Assembly: GCA_051294375.1 (NCBI GenBank)
Contig: CM119266.1
Location: 23,130,402-23,194,401, forward strand
Direction of reading: 5' to 3'
DNA length: 64,000 bases
Source of the DNA: Paraspadella gotoi
Taxonomy: Eukaryota > Animalia > Chaetognatha
Each line of letters opens with the position of its first letter. Position 1 is the first letter of the stretch. Below, one piece after another: positions 39,715 through 52,221 of the stretch. Both the position numbers and the translations under genes were made by a program. Under the pieces are notes generated by a model that was not told the DNA's origin, ran no database searches, and saw nothing but the letters and a program-made list of their open reading frames with translations.

Positions 39715-41340
39715 GGCGACGCCTGCGGGTTGAATATTTGACCAAGTTGTCGCGAATTGTTTCTGCCGCGTCCTCGTTCGTAGGCCGGGCTGGCGCCTGC
39801 TGGCGTCGCTTGAGGATTGTCCGATCAACTCTCAACGTCTCGTCGAAAACCCACCGCTGGTTTGCGACGGGCGATGGTTTTTAGACGTTCACGGCCTTAT
39901 TGGTTTTGATTGTGACGTTATAAGGCCATTGCGATCACTACACGGGTAAGGTCGCTTCATATGGTGCTGTAGTGGAGGGTGAGACGCGTGCTCCCTGACG
40001 AAAAAGTGTTGATGAGGTCGGATGGTCGGGAAGTGGATAACGGTGGTTTTTGTGAGGATCGTGGGCTGACTTTGACAATCGGCAAAAGTTGACGCGCAGT
40101 CCACTGTTGGTTGTAAGGCTGGTTGGCGGTTGAAAGTCGTCGACGATGCATCCGGGGAGCTGATGCGTCCCCAAGACCAATGTCCGACCTGCGGACGCGC
40201 CGATTCTTCTTTTATCGTTGTTTCTATCGCTAGAAAGTCTCCGGCAATTTCCAAACCATTAGATCTCGAATTTTCTTTCGCATAAGGCGAATGAGGATTC
40301 TTTGAGTTGCTGTGAAATTCTGCTGCTATATGCTTATCCCCTTGTTTCATCAGTCTGTTCTCCACAAAGCTGGTTGATTGTGTTCCCTGTCATGTAGTGA
40401 TTAAGACGGGTGACGGGATCCGAATACACTTATCCACTCAAGGCTCAAAGCGTCTAAGATCGCTTTGAAGTGAGGGTGTTGGGAATTGGCATGGGCACCG
40501 TCCATCTGAGGAAACATGGTGGCGGTTCTTTTGCCCTCTGGCATCTAGAAGTCCTGGCCCACTTTGAAACAGTCTTGACGCATGTTATGCCAACGATTTG
40601 CAGGAGATGGCTTTTCTTGTCAGCTGTCCACGCACTGGGTGCACTATCCATGTATCAACGCTTTATATTTTTCTTCCGCCATGACGCCGGTACGAATGCG
40701 GGCAGGTTCGTTTTGAAGGTCTGACCTTTGCTCTCTTCCGCGATCTTGGTAATCTGGGTCAGAACTTGTTCTTGAGCCATTTGCTCAAAATGGTTTTGAA
40801 ACTACGTTTCCATGTTTTTCGATTTCTTTCGTTTCAGATTTTTGTCGTATATAGTATTCTTGATATTGCGGCTGTACTTGCATTGGGCGCTGCTTTGCTG
40901 ACGGGGAATCTGTCGCCGTTGAGGTGTTGCTATCGGCTCTGCTGGCGCTGCTGCAGGTGCTGACAAAAGGCATCAATATTTGTCGCTTCGGTCGATTATC
41001 GACGTCGTCGGATCTGGTTTTGATGACGTTATTGCGGTTTGTTGGCTCCGAATTTTCATGTTGAGTGTTGACCGCGAGAGGGCGTGCGGCACATGTTGGC
41101 CTCTCTTTAATAACGCACATTCTTGTCTTAATCAGCGATCACTGAGAGCTGTATGCTGACGACCGGTACTCTGAGACTTCTGCTTTTCTTTCGATCGCCG
41201 TCACCAGGCTCGTGGTTGGATCGTAATACAAGTAAATTTTGATTTTCTACCTTGGACCCAGTGCCCTTTGAATGGGGACAGGTAGGTGTTGGTTTTTTGG
41301 CCAGAGGCTTCCATCTTTTGGGCCTCTTCTGCTTCCAACG
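39715..41340 (-). pseudogene. Gypsy pol remnant (RNase H - integrase - GPY/F), indel-rich copy
   Basis: SKWAR..CQRAK motif, collinear with 46435-48110. Confidence 0.85.
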
Positions 41341-42904
41341 GCACTAATCGACAGTGGGAGCTTCTTCTCCCGGCATCCTCGGTCTTCTTCCCGTCTCCGT
41401 GCTCCAACTGTCAATTGTACACTTATTATATAAAGTATTTTATGTATTTTGATATTTTTGGTATTTTTTGAATTTTTGTAATTTTGGTATTCTTCATTTT
41501 GAAAACGTTTTTGCATGTTTAAACCGGTACAGAGACCTGGTTGTGAATATTATTGTATTTTAGTAGCATTTTTATATTATTTATCAACATTCTGTTCAAT
41601 CACTTTAAGATAGACGACAACATTATTTTGTTCTAATATTTAAGACCATATATTATAACAGGGGGGCATGAGCCGCTCGAGTGAATCAAATCTATTACAG
41701 AAATAATTCCTCCACTTATGGATTTGAACCATCGAACTCAAGCTCTGGACAACCTGAGTTACACTCAGAGCCATCCAGATGGCCCTGATTCCTCAGAGAA
41801 TCTAAACCTATTTAAAACTTTAAAAACAAATGGCGCCAAGACATCTTTTGGTGAACAGAGCAACTGTTTTAAGAAAACAAAAGATTTCTAAATCGAGATT
41901 TAAAGCTTTAAATGAAAACAAAATTGCTGAGAAATCAGGGCCGTCTGAGTGGCCCAGAGCTGTAGCTCGAGTCACTCAGAACTTGAGTTTGACGGTTCAA
42001 ATCCAACCAATGGATGAATTATTTCTATAAAAGATCTGATTCGCTCAAGTGGCCGCATGCCCCCCGTTGTAATATATGGTTAAATATATTTAAGCAAAGT
42101 TCGAAAATAAGTTCTTCAACAATTTATTTTTGTACGGACCGTTTCAACTCTTTTTCGAGCCTTCATCAGCGTTAATAAACATTTACAAATTTGTGCAAAA
42201 GAAGGGAAAGAGAGAGAGAGAGAGGAGAAAGAAGGAGAGAAAGGGCAAAAAGTTTCCAACACAGAGATAGTGGTTTAAAGAATGAGTCAGTTTAAGTTGA
42301 AGACAGATCAGTTGTTGAAGAGAAGTGAAATGGTCAATTGGTGAAAAGAGAGAGACAGAGAGAGAGAGAGAGGAGAGAGAGTAGGAGAGAGAAGAAACAG
42401 AGAGAGACAAAATAATACATTGTGCAATGTACAACCAGGAATAAGTTTAAACTAATAGTGAATTTAACAATTAATCTAATAATATATGTGTTTTATTCGT
42501 TACAACAATTAGTTGAAACAGTACATTCAAAAGGGCATACAGCATTACAGATAAACGCATAAATTGTACAGTTTTACAATTCAAAAAAAATATAAATATT
42601 TAAATTAACAGAACGAAAAAAGAAAAAAAAATCAACAATAAGCTGACAAGATTTTTAGAATATTGTTTCTAGAGAAAAAAGCTTGGATTCAAAGTTTTTT
42701 TTTTTTTTAAATAGATAGTAATGAAAGGAAAGAAAGTTTTTAAATGTGAAATGATACATTTTTTGTGGAGGGATAGATAAGAGTGACTGTTAAAGTGAAA
42801 AATTAAGAATTATGATAGAGGCTCAAAAATGAGCAGGCCCCCTTGTAGCCAGGACATTATTATTATTATTATTATTCATTATTATTAGATTAATTGTTAA
42901 ATAG

Positions 42905-44700
42905 TACGTGTCGGGAAATGGATAATGGGTTTTTGATGAGCGGATTCTGTCGCGTCGGCTGGAGGCGTGCAACTTTGACTCTAAGCATTCGAGAAGTTGA
43001 CGCCGTCACTGTTGTTGTAAGGGGCGTTGTCGAGTTGAAAGTCGTCGACGCATGCATCCGGGGATGCTAATGCCTTCCCCCAACAGACCATGTCCCCGCT
43101 GAGCGCCGATGTCTTCTTTTACTCGTTGTTCTTATCGCTAGAAGAGTCATCGGCAATTCCAAAACCATTTGGCTCGATTTTTCTTTGCTAAGGCGATGAG
43201 TGATTCTTTGAGTTGCCTGTGAAAGCTGATACTTTATGATGCTTTTATCCCCATTGTTTCATCAGTTGTCTCCACAAAGCTGAGTTGAATTGTGTTCCCC
43301 TGTCTGTAGTGATTACAGAGCGGGTACCGAATACACTATCCACTCAAGGCTCAACGTCTAGATCGTTGAAGTGAGGGGTGTTGGGAATTGGGATGCAGCC
43401 GGCCATCTTGAGAAAAGTGGCGCGGTTACTTTTGCCCTCTGGCAATCTAGACAGTCCTGGCCCACTTTGAAACATCTTGACGCATGTTATTCCAAACGAA
43501 TTTCTTGTCGCGTCCACGCCTGGGTGCCCTAATCCATGTATAACGTTTAATATTTTCTTCGCCATGAGCCGGTACGAATAGACGGGCAGGTTCGTTTGAA
43601 GGTCTGACCTTGCTTCTTCCGCGATTCTCTGGTAATCTGGGTCGAGAACTTGTTCTTGAGCCATTTACTCAAAATTGGTTTCGAAACTAGTTAGAGATGC
43701 AATTACCGCCTGCGCATGTGTCTTCGAGTCGATTTAGTTTTATTGATTTTTCTTTCGAGTTTTCCAGATTTTTGAATTCGCGTTTTCCATCGAGTCTCGT
43801 ACTCCATTGCGATGTAAATTCTCTTTCTTTCCGCGTTGTCATCGTCGTCATCTGAGGCATCATCATTGATATTGACGCTCTGTAGCTGCCACTGGCGCCG
43901 CTGCTGCTGCTGACAGGGAATCTGTCGCCGTTAGTGATGCGCTATCTGCTCTGCTGGCGCTGCTGAGGCTGCTGACGAGGCCATCAATTTTGTCGCTGTC
44001 GTCATTATCGACGTCGTCGACGATCTGGTGTTGATGACGTTATTGACGGTTTTGTTGGCTCCGAATTCATGTTGAGTGATTGACTTTCCGACCGCCGACG
44101 AGCCGCGAGCACGTGGCCACGAATGTTGCTCTATCTTATCTTCATTTATAACTGCAGCCATCTGTCTTAAACTCAACGATCACTGAGAGCTGATATGACT
44201 GACGAACGGCTGAGACTCTGCTTTCTTTCGAATCGCCGTCACCAGGCTTTGGTGATCCGTATACAAGGTAAATGATCTACCTTCGACCCAGTGCCTGAAT
44301 TGGCAGACAGCTTTGAAGGCGTCAAAAAGTTCTTCATGGAACGGAGGCCATAAAGCGTTGGTGTTTGGCCAGAGGCTTCCATCCTTTTGGGCCTCTTTGC
44401 TCCAGTACTGCTCCAACGGCCAAATCTGAGGCATCCGTTGTGATGCAAAGTTTTGCTCCGGTTCTAGGATGATGAAGTCATGCCGCTTGGATCTGAAACG
44501 CTTGTTCACAGTCGTTTGTCCAGTCACAGTTTTTGGCTTGCCACTGAGGGCCTCGTACAAGGAGCGCATCTGTGGGCGACTCTGGGGATAAAACGCCTGT
44601 AGTAATTTATCATCCCCTGAAATCTCTGCAGTTCCTTTATCATCGTGGTCGAGCAGTTTCCTGTAGCATTTGAACGCGTTCTGGAAGCGGCCTCACTCCG
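42905..44700 (-). pseudogene. Gypsy pol remnant (RT end - RNase H - integrase)
   Basis: VRPLPERV..KELQRF.GMINYYRRFIP, FRHWVEGRSFTLYTDHQSL and HGLGHPGVDAT. Confidence 0.9.
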
Positions 44701-46434
44701 TTGTTATCGCCCGCTCCTTCTCTTTCTTCTCCTCCTCCTCTTCCTCCTCCCTCACTGACCCAGCCCCAAGTCCCCCACCCTCTCCCCCACCCACCATCCC
44801 CCTTTTACGTTTTTTGCTCCCTCCTTCCTCTTCTCTACAGCTTCCACGCGAACGGGTCCGAACGAAGAAGAAAAGAGCAAAAAGAACAACAACAACAATG
44901 AAAAGATGGGAATGAGCCAACGATGACAAACAAGCCGACAATAGTAATAGCCCAATAGTATTAACTCGACAGCCTCTCAGTCGACCTCAAAGAGATGTTG
45001 AAGAGACAAAAGAAGTTCAATGACAACAACAACATTGAAAAAAATAAAAAACCCCTGTCGACCTAATCGACAGTGGGACTTCTTCTCCCGGCATCCTCGG
45101 TCTTCTTCCCGTCTCCGTGCTCCAACTGTCAATTGTACACTTATTATATAAAGTATTATTATGTATTTTGATATTTTTGGTATTTTTTGAATTTTTGTAA
45201 TTTTGGATATCTTCATTTTGAAAAACGTTTTTGCATGTTTAAAACCGGTACAGAGGACCTGGTTGTGAATATTATTGTATTTTAGTAGCATTTTTATATT
45301 ATTTATCAACATTCTGTTCAATCAGTCTCGAGATAGACAGACAACTTATTTTGTTCTAATATTTAAGACCATATATGTATAACAGGGGGCCATGGAGCCG
45401 CTCGAGGAATCAAATCTATTACAGAATAATTCCTCCACTTATGGGATTCGAACCATCGAACTCAAGCTCTGGACGACCTGAGTTACAACTCAGAGCCATC
45501 CAGACGGCCCTGATTCCTCAGAGAATCTAAACCTATTTAAAACTTTAAAAACAAATGGCGCCAAGACATCTTTGGTGAACAGAGCAACTGTTTTTAAGAA
45601 AAACAAAAGATTTCTAAATCGAGATTTAAAGCTTTAAATGAAAAACAATCACTGAGAAATCAGGGCCATCTGAGTGGCCCAGAGCTGTAGCTCGAGTCAC
45701 TCAGAACTTGAGTTTGATGTTCAAATCCAACCATGGATGAATTTTCTATAAAAGATCTGATTCGCTCAAGTGGCCACAGGGGGCCCCTGTTGTAATATAT
45801 GGTTAAATATATTAAAACAAAAATGTTGTCGTCCATCTTGTGTGACTGAAAGTATGTTGATAATAATATATCGAAATATATAGTAATATATAACGTAAGA
45901 CCGGTTTAAATGTGCAACGAAAAATAAATTTTCAAAATCTAAAAAATTGAAATACAATGAACATTCTTGGTGATATACGTAAGAATATGACAGTACATAG
46001 CGTGACGGTAGATATCCGGAAGCGAGGTACGACGGACACTGAGAGCGATGGCGGTGAGGAAGACCGAGGACTGCCGAGATGCTCCGACTATCATTAGGTC
46101 GACAGGGGGTTTTATTTTTTGTTTCTTCGTCGTTGTTGTTGTTGTCATTCTGTATTTTTGACGTCGAAGCATCTCCTTGAGCATGACAGAGTAAGTGGGT
46201 CGATTAGTGATTGGCATCCTGCTCGAAAAGTTCTCTGGCGTTGGTTTTGAGATTCTTTTGATCGTTTGTGTTCGTTTTTTCCTTTTTCGTTGTTGTTGTT
46301 GTTGTGATTCTCTCTTCTTGCTTCTGGGGATTGACTCGTCTCGCGTGGAGGCTGAGGAGAGAGGGAGGGTGGGTCGGGGGAAGGTGGGTGGTTGGGAGTG
46401 AGAGGGGGAAGGAGGAGGAGGAGGAACCAGTTCG

Positions 46435-48110
46435 GGCGACGCTGCGCGTTGAATATTTGAACGAGTTGTCCGAGTTGTTTCTGCCGGCGTCCTCGTTCGT
46501 AGGCCGGGCTGGCGGCCTGCTGGGCGTCGCTGAGGATGCTCTGATCAACCTCCAACGTCTCGTCGGAAACCCACGCTGGTTTGACGCGGGCGATGTTTAG
46601 CGTTTCGCGGCCTTACTTGGGATTTTGATGGTGACATTAAGGCCGTTGCGATTCACTACACGGTAAGGTCCTTCATATGGTGCTGTAAGTGGAGGGTGAA
46701 CGCCTGCTCCCCTGACGAAAATGTGTTGAGCGGTGTCGGGGAAATGGATAACGGGTTTTTGATGAGCGGATGTCGCCGTCGGCTGGAGGCGTGCCACTTT
46801 GACTCTAAGATTCGAAAGTTGACGCCGTCACTGTTGTTGTAAGGCTGCGTTGTCGAGTTGAAAGTCGTCGACGATGCATCGGGGACGCTAATGACTTCCC
46901 AAAGACCATGTCCGCCGCTGACGCGCCGATGTCTTTCTTTATCGTTTTTCTTATCGCTAGAAGAGTCATCGGCAATTTCCAAAACCATTAGTCTCGATTT
47001 TCTTTGCTAAGGCGATGAGTGATTCTTTGAGTTGCCTGTGAAAGCTGATGCTTTATGATGCTTTATCCCCATTGTTTCATCAGTTGTCTCCACAAAGCTG
47101 AGTTGAATTGTGTTCCCCTGTCTGTAGTGATTACAGACGGGGTACCGAATACACTTATCCACTCAAGGCTCAAAGCGTCTAAGATCGTTGAAGTGAGGGT
47201 GTTGGGAATTGGGATGCAGCCGGCCATCTTGAGAAACAGTGGCGCGTTACTTTTGCCCTCTGGCAATCTAGACAGTCCCTGGCCCACTTTGAAACATCTT
47301 GACGCATGTTATTCCAAACGAATTTTGCGGAGATGGCTTTTCTTGTCGCGTCCACGCCTGGGTGCCCTAATCCATGTATAACGTTTAATATTTTTCTTCG
47401 CCATGACGCCGGTACGAATAGACGGGCAGGTTCGTTTGAAGGTCTGACCTTGCTTCTTCCGCGATTCTCTGGTAATCTGGGTCGAGAACTTGTTCTTGAG
47501 CCATTTGCTCAAAATTGGTTTTGAAACTAGTTACGATGCAATTACCGCCTGAGTGTCTTCGAGTCGATTTAGTTTATCGATTTTCTTTCAAGTTTTCCAG
47601 ATTTTTGAATTCGCGTCATCATCTGAGGCGTCATCATTGATATTGACGCTGCTGTAGCTGCCACTCGCCGCTGCTTCTGCTGACGGGAATCTGTCGCCGT
47701 TAGTGATGCTATCGCTGCTGCTGGCGCTGCTGAGGCTGCTGACAAGGCCATCAATTTTGTCGCTGTCGTCATATCGACGTCGTCGACGATCTGGTGTTTG
47801 ATGACGTTATTGACGGTTTTGTTGGCTCCGAATTTCATGTTGAGTTTGACCGCGAGAGGGCGTCGGCCACAATGTTGGCCTTACTCTAAAATAACGCACA
47901 TCTGTCTTAAACTCAGCGATCACTGAGAGCTGATATGACTGACGAACGGTCTGAGACTCTGCTTTCTTTCGAATCGCCGTCACCAGGGCTTTGGTGATCC
48001 GTATACAAGGTAAATGATCTACCTTCGACCCAGTGCCTGAATTGGGGGACAGTTTTGAAGGCGTTGGTTTGGCCAGAGGCTTCCATCCTTTTGGGCCTCT
48101 TTGCTCCAAC
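46435..48110 (-). pseudogene. Gypsy pol remnant (RNase H - integrase - GPY/F)
   Basis: WISVFGTPSVITTDRGTQFNS, PLTAPYEGPYRVV and NIARVKPAW. Confidence 0.9.
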
Positions 48111-49530
48111 GGCCTAATCGACAGTTGGAGCTTCTTCTCCCGGCATCCTCGGTCTTCCTCCCGTCTCTGTGCTCCAACTGTCAATTGTACACTTATTATA
48201 TAAAGTATTTTATGTATTGGTATTTTTTGGTATTTTTTGAATTTTTGTAATTTTGGTATTTTTCATTTTGAAAACGTTTTTGCATGTTTAAACCGGTACA
48301 GAGACCTGGTTGTGAATATTATTGTATTTAGTAGCATTACTATATTATTTATCAACATTCTGTTCAATCACTCGAGATAGACGACAACAATTATTTTGTT
48401 CTAATATTAAGACCATATATTATAACAGGGGCCATGGAGCCGCTCGAGTGAATCAAATCTATTACAGAAATAATTCCTCCACTTATGGGATTCGACCATC
48501 GAACTCAAGCTCTGGACGACCTGGGTTACAACTCAGAGCCATCCAGACGGCCCTGATTCCTCAGAGAATCTAAACCTATTATTAAACTTTAAAAACAAAT
48601 GGCGCCAAGACATCTTTTGGTGAACAGAGCCACTGTTTTAAGAAAAACAAAAGATTTCTAAATCGAGATTTAAAGCTTTAAATGAAAACAAAAATCACTG
48701 AGAAATCAGGGCCGTCTGAGTGGCCCAGAGCTGTAGCTCGAGTCACTCAGAACTTGAGTTTGATGGTTCAAATCCAACCATGGATGAATTATTTCTATAA
48801 AAGATCTGATTCGCTCAAGTGGCCACATGCCCCCCTGTTGTAATATATGGTTAAATATATTAAACAAAATGTCTGTCGTCCATCTTGTGTGACTGAAAGT
48901 ATGTTGATGATAAATATATCAAAATATATAGTAATATATACGAAGACCGGTTTAAAATGTGTAACGAAAAATTAAATTTCACAAAATCTAAAATTAAAAA
49001 ATTGAAAAATACAAAAACACTATGGGTAACGATGTAATATTGACAGTCGGAGCGAGGAGACGGGAGGAAGACCGAGGATGCCGGGACGAAGATGCTCCGT
49101 CTGTTGATTAGGTCGACAGGGGGGTTTTATTTTTGTTTTCTTCGTCGTTGTTGTTGTTGTCATTCTGTATTTTTGACGTCGAAGCATCTCCTTGAGCATG
49201 ACAGAGTAAGTGGGTCGATTAGTGATTGGCATCCTGCAAGAAAAGTTCTCTGGCGTTGGTTTTGAGAATCTTTTTTTTTTGATCTCATTAAAAAGGTCTT
49301 TTGATTTCCCATGTTTATTAAAGATTTAAAAAAAAATTCAATATTATATACTGCAATATGTAAATTAGATTAAAGCATTTCTATATACTAATTTGGATGT
49401 TATAATGAGTACTATAATCTCATTTGCATATTGCAGTAAATCATAATGAAGTGGAAATTCAAACAAAAAATAATTAAATCTAAATGTAATATGAAAATAT
49501 CAAAGCTATTTCATGATGAGAAGCCATATC

Positions 49531-49779
49531 TGCAGTCGGGCATTGCCTAGGTTCACCCCGCCTAGAATCATGACACTTTCAGTTGTTACCCGGTGGCTCA
49601 TTGAGTAAAGCCATCAGCTCATGACCATTAGGTACCGGGTTCAATCCCAACCCGGTACCTACCCTGCGGGAAGCGTGAGGACGGCCGTAAGCCGCCTTGG
49701 GGGCATGGCAAACCCTCAAGCCTAGTTCCAAGCCCAGGTACCCGTTCCATGGCTGCTAGAGGGGGTTATAGAAGTTACG
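49531..49779 (+). mobile_element. Family-2 tRNA-like LTR, 3'-truncated
   Basis: Matches the reverse complement of 21070-21315. Confidence 0.85.
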
Positions 49780-49844
49780 TTATTTAAAAAAAAAACGGTA
49801 AGTCCCAGTCAAAACTATAAAAGCGTAGTAGTTTTTATATAAAA

Positions 49845-49950
49845 ACAGCGTGACGCCGACGACAATGACGACGCCGACGACGTCACAAAGAAGAAATCCT
49901 AAATCATTATAGAGCCAGGACCAGGCGAAGCCTGTCCTGGCTCGATAAAA
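49845..49950 (-). mobile_element. 5' end of a further HINE-like family
   Basis: Strong hairpin gagccagga-ccaggc-gaa-gcctg-tcctggctc next to (GAC)n-like repeats and a T-run terminus. Confidence 0.5.
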
Positions 49951-50049
49951 ACGTAAAAAAATATTTTTAGATTTAAAAAAATTTAATTTTCTTTACTAGC
50001 GCAAGACGAGTTGAAAATAGGCGAATGTTTTCTTTTATCTATTATTTAG

Positions 50050-50114
50050 TTACTATTACATTTGGTGTTGGAGATGAAAGTGCTGTTTATCCTGGAGATA
50101 TCTTAAGCTTCGGT
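50050..50114 (+). CDS. Exon: pore-loop-like (VTITFGVGDESAVYPGDILSFG)
   Basis: Acceptor ttatttag, donor gtaaga, phase 1 to 0. T.T.GVGD...P resembles the TTxGYGD..P channel pore. Confidence 0.7.
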
Positions 50115-50249
50115 GTAAGAGATGTGTAATAAGCTTTTAAAATTTTTTTTAAAAATTTTTTTGAATCTTTATTAAAAAGTTAAAAGTAATAACTTTAAAC
50201 TTTTTTTAAAGTTTTAAGTTGGTTCTCTGAAGAAAATAAATTTAATTTT

Positions 50250-50560
50250 AAAAACAAGAACGGGGATTCCAATGTGTTGCGCCGCAGTGAATTTATTTTC
50301 TTGTGTATTTCCCTTTAATCACATGATATGACGTGACATGACGAAAACACTTTTTAAGTCCTTGTATTTATGACATGCACTGCATCGAAATATCGTCTTT
50401 TATTCCTTAGTTTTAAAGATTTCCCGATGGCGGCGCGAGCAGTCCCTTAGTTTTGAAGTTTTTTTCCTGTCTTAACAAATGAGCCAACAACTATGGGCGA
50501 ATTATATGCATTTTTGACAGACCAATGGACAGACATACAGACCGACCGACATACGACACG
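50250..50560 (-). mobile_element. Second HINE-like family copy (related to 32830-33135)
   Basis: Shared 3' end ..gcaacaca..ccgttcttgtttt, (GTCAT)n and GTCY repeats. Confidence 0.6.
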
Positions 50561-52221
50561 ATGAAAGTTAACATGGCGTAGTGTATGCAACCATAAAAAA
50601 AATCGGTGATTGAAATCATTATCTCTGAATAGGTTATATGAAACATCATGGTTTTCTTCATATATGAAAAAAAAATCAATTCAAAATAATATCTGGTAGT
50701 TAGGATATGACTAAATATAGGATAATGAAAAATATGAATATATACAATTTTTTTTATTATATTTTAACTTTTTTTTTGCTATTTGATAGTCTATTTCTAT
50801 AAACCATTTTATCCGTTTATCTGTCCACCCCTCATATCTTGTTGGTAAATTACTTGGTTCATCTTAGAATACTGATTTATAAAAAATTATCCAAAACAAT
50901 TGAATCCTTCCCTCTTTCCATACATTTATTTGTTTGTCCATCCATCTATAACTTTAACACTTGAATTAATTGATGGATTGATCTGAAATTATGTGTGTTG
51001 CCAGAAAAGAGGTTGATTGAGCTTAATCTTAAGTTTGGACAAAATAATTCTGGTAAAAATTATTTTAAATAAAAAAAATAAAAAATAATTTGAATTATTA
51101 ATTTTTTTATTTTAAAAAGTAAAAATATATAATTACAATAACAACAATAATAAGTATAACTATAATAACAACAATGACTCTTTCTTTTTCTCACTCAATA
51201 TCCTTCTTTATTTTTCTATCTTTCTCTCTCTCAATCTATTTCTCGTTTTCCTTTTTGATCTCATTCTTAACTTACCTTTTCTCCAAGCTCCTTACTTTTT
51301 AAACTTTTAATATTCCAATTCATCTCCTCTATCTTTATACATTCATGTGAGCTTTGTTTTATTCATAAAAGTATAAATATTACCTTTTAAAAAAAACTGA
51401 CTTATGCTCATTGAAAATTTTATTTCTACTCTAAAATAAAAGATATCAAAAAAAAAATCAGATTATAGTAAAATCAAATAGCTAGAAGCTGATTTTTTTT
51501 TTAATTTAAAATTTGTTCTCTATTTCCAGATCTAAAATTTTCAATGCTCAAAATCTTTTTTTCCAAAATGTTTTTTTAAAATTTTTTTAAGAAATAAAAA
51601 TGTTTATGGTACAGAAGTTATAGTACAAACTGTTTCAAAATATATATATATATGATTGCAATAACATGACTTAACTCAAAATGTCTTCCTTATTCTTTGC
51701 CTCAACACTGAAGGAATACAGTAAAAAAAAGTCAAATCTTGAAAAAGTGAAAAAAAAAATTTGAAAATTTAATTTTTTTTTTTAAATTGATTGATCTAAA
51801 ACTTATATTTTTTAAATTTAAAATTATGAAATAATGGATCAGAGAGTAAGATCTTTTTTTCAGCTATCATTTGGTATATAATTATAATCATTTTTAATAT
51901 TTTTTGGCTATATAGTTTAACTGACAAATCAAGGAGTACAAAATTTTGTTATAGATTTTCGCTACTGCGAGTCTGCTTCTTACTGCCTTTTTACTAATTT
52001 TCCTTTTTTGTAGATAATTGAGGGTTATGGTAAAAGTAAAGGAAGTCTGGTAGAACCAATCGCATACAGTATTATTAATGTAAAGTTTTAAGTTTAGCTC
52101 ACAGATTATGAAATATGATAAAAAATTTGCATGGGTAAGCTTCGCCACGTTAACTTGCATCGTGTCATACTGACTGAAAAGTGACTTAAAGGAGTTGCTA
52201 CGCGAGTAATCACGGCACAAC

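Larger units (their letters stand above)
34350..49270. repeat. Higher-order array of deleted Gypsy pol segments separated by a long imperfect palindrome
   Basis: Five palindrome centres (~34890, 38840, 41860, 45585, 48630) and four minus-strand pol remnants. Period is about 6.8-7.0 kb (34380, 41345, 48112). Confidence 0.9.
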
